DNA from: Balanoglossus misakiensis
Taxonomy: Eukaryota; Animalia; Hemichordata
Direction: 5' to 3'
DNA: 64,000 nucleotides
NCBI GenBank assembly: GCA_040954595.2
Contig: CM082578.2
Span: 4,942,831 to 5,006,830, forward strand
The notes beneath the pieces were generated by a model. It had not been told where the DNA came from, did no database searches, and saw nothing but the letters and a program-made list of their open reading frames with translations. A program made the translations under genes and the position numbers. Below are positions 61,419 to 64,000 of this stretch, one piece after another. Within the stretch, counting starts at the first letter, position 1. Each line of letters opens with the position of its first letter.

Positions 61419-64000
61419 GTGCCATAGATACTTATCAGCAAACGCAATATAGAAACTGCGGTTCCGAGAATGGTGTGCCGAACCACAATAATTTTATACA
61501 GGTCACATCGCTTTGGAAATTTGGCAGGACCAAGAAAAACACTTTGCGTTTATATTTGTTTACCTCCGGTGAATTAGCAATCACGAATGTATTATTAGCA
61601 TGACCACAGTGGCATGACAAAACTTTAAGGGGTAGGGTAATTCGAGGTAAGGTATAGCCGGCGGAAAAAAATGGGCCCAAGGCAATGTTTGTTTTTAATC
61701 ATCATATATTTACAACTCATTTTGTAGCTCATGATTGGTTTGATATTCTTGTCTGTTCATGTGTTTTCGGTTTAAGAATATGTGCGCTCATCCGTGAGCA
61801 TTACTTACTAGTAATTGATTGCAATAGAGTTTTTCCTCAAATTATGGTGGAAATAAACAAAAAAATATCTGTTACACTTTGGCGCTAACATTGTTTCTTC
61901 AGAAATTTCGCAATTTGTGATTAACAAAAGATATATTAAAATCTCAGGAAGTATCGTAGTACACATATCAATTGCATGTGTAATAAATAGTATTATAGCA
62001 GCATTGATGCCCCAGTTGCTGCTTCAGTGTCTCAGTAAATGTACCAAAGCCCAGCGTGCGTATGGGCGCCAAATTATATACTACTAATTTAAGGGAAACC
62101 TGTCAAAATAAATGAAGGTGTACGCCTACAGTACAAGCAGGGACCACGTTCTCTGATGCACAGATCTTGAGAAATATACAAAAGGAGGCAGAAACAGAAG
62201 CCTGTTGATGTTTCAAGACAAACTTTGTAATGAATCTCGCGAGATTCTTAGCAGTGTATTTCTCAACACAGGTGGCGCTATGCACACTCTCACCAACAAT
62301 ATTCAGAGATAAAAAGACGTGTATTAGTATGTGCGACAACTTCAGTCACACAAAATATATTCATAAAAAATATATCATGTTCACAAATCTATCTATCTCT
62401 CTTCTGGTGAATCTTTTAATATTTGAGTGTGCCTTCAACAATCCATACATCCACCGTAGAATTATTTGCATATTTGCGCATATTTGCATCATTTTATCAT
62501 CAATTTTGTACGATAACATTGACAACAGTACTGTGATGGGGATATAGTCTGACGAGTAATCTTCCATCGCAGTTTCAATCCGAATGATGAGGCGCCCTCG
62601 CCGTCCGCTTCAAAAATGCAAGACTGTATTTTGTGTTAATCACCCAATAGCCATGAAGGATACTCGATTAGTCCGATTTTGTGGTAACTTGACTAAACTC
62701 GAAACGCCGTTTCTACGAAAACACTGCATGGAACAACAACGGGCGTCTAAAATTACATCTCACGTTTTAAAATCACATTTTAGTTAATGACGGCTATGAA
62801 AAGAGCATATTCTAGGCTACAAACGTGTATGAGTATGTTATGTACAGCCATGACATTTTATGATTTCAAGATTCCCTTATTCGACCAACCATATAATAAT
62901 ATTGAATGGAGTAGCCAAGTAGCTAACCTCTCTATATTTGTATACAAGGGCCATGAATTAAAAGCCGCTATAGCCATTGACACTGTTTGCAAGGTTTTGC
63001 CAAAGTACACGCACACGTTTTTGCAAAGAAAATTAAACATAACTTTTCTTTTCAAGAATTAATGAACCTTACTGTCCTCACAAGCCACCTTCATGCAAAT
63101 TATTAATTATGTAAAAAAGATAATCCAGTCTTGGGTATATTACAAAAAGCATACCAAATGAAATAGAGTCTTGTTGGGATTTCAGTATTTGTATAATCGA
63201 AATGAAGATATGTGTGTTGGCCGATGCGCCCTTTTTTCGAACTCCCCGAGACTCTGCGAGATGTCGCGCGACTGGACAGTTTATATGGGGCGATATTCTC
63301 GTGTGACACAGGACAAACGACGCAACTGGCCAATCGTGTTACACGACACAGTAATTACAATTCTTGTTAAACTCTGTATATATTTTAGTATCGTACAATG
63401 CTTGGCTTTTATATTACTTAGCTGGCAACCCCTTTGCTACGGCAAATAATTAAGTTTCGCGAGACCGACGCGCAATGACCGGAGATTCATCTATCGTCAA
63501 ATGCAGAGACTTCGGGAATGACAGTGTGCGTTAGGCCAAAAGCTAAATTCGTCGCCATTATACAAGACAAAAGTTAGTGTGGTCGCACAGTTGATAAATT
63601 CGTTTTTATAATCATTCTCGTGAATTTCCTGCTGAATTTTTGCTGCAGGGGACGAGGGATGCCCTTTGATCACTGAATACTTCGAACAGGTACTACTCAA
63701 ACAAGACGCTGAAATTAGACTCATTTGACTTTCAAAATTCAAAATTCCAATTATTATCCGACTAGTTTCGTTTCTGAACTTTCATCGACGATTAAATTAT
63801 CGAGACTAATGGGATACAACGGTCGCTTATAGGTTTACTTATAAATATTGGGATATACTAGAAGACGACTCTAATATCCCATTATACCCGGATACTGATT
63901 TCGTTGCCATGACAACGATCTCATTTTCTTGTAATACTGACACAGAAATTACATGTATGCAATCATTTTTTTTCTTCCTCGGCTTGGAATCATATTATGA

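Overview
This is AT-rich, intron-containing eukaryotic DNA. It is probably from a marine invertebrate deuterostome (inferred from DED-NACHT and SRCR/WSC/CUB/CCP genes, BEL/Kolobok/Academ-type repeats and frequent TACATGTA). Hand-splicing gives an innate-immunity-flavoured gene set: (1) a 5-exon MS4A/CD20-like tetraspan gene (+, 2117-4135); (2) a 3-exon orphan secreted protein (+, 5807-7011); (3) a minus-strand SP-SRCR-WSC-CUB-CCP-TM receptor with two in-frame stops (22378 to ~9147), whose intron holds an intact BEL/Pao retrotransposon (9849-16558) with identical LTRs, a GTATG TSD and no canonical tRNA primer site; (4) a small DED-only gene (~37.9-39.3 kb); (5) a DED-NACHT-degenerate-LRR NLR (41996-52067) broken by one frameshift in an A7 run; (6) an intronless bacterial-type PI-PLC X-domain gene lacking catalytic residues (55835-56734). 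The rest is non-LTR retrotransposon fragments, nested MITEs, hairpin elements and microsatellites. I found no CRISPR arrays, tRNA or rRNA genes. All splice models and alignments were made by eye.
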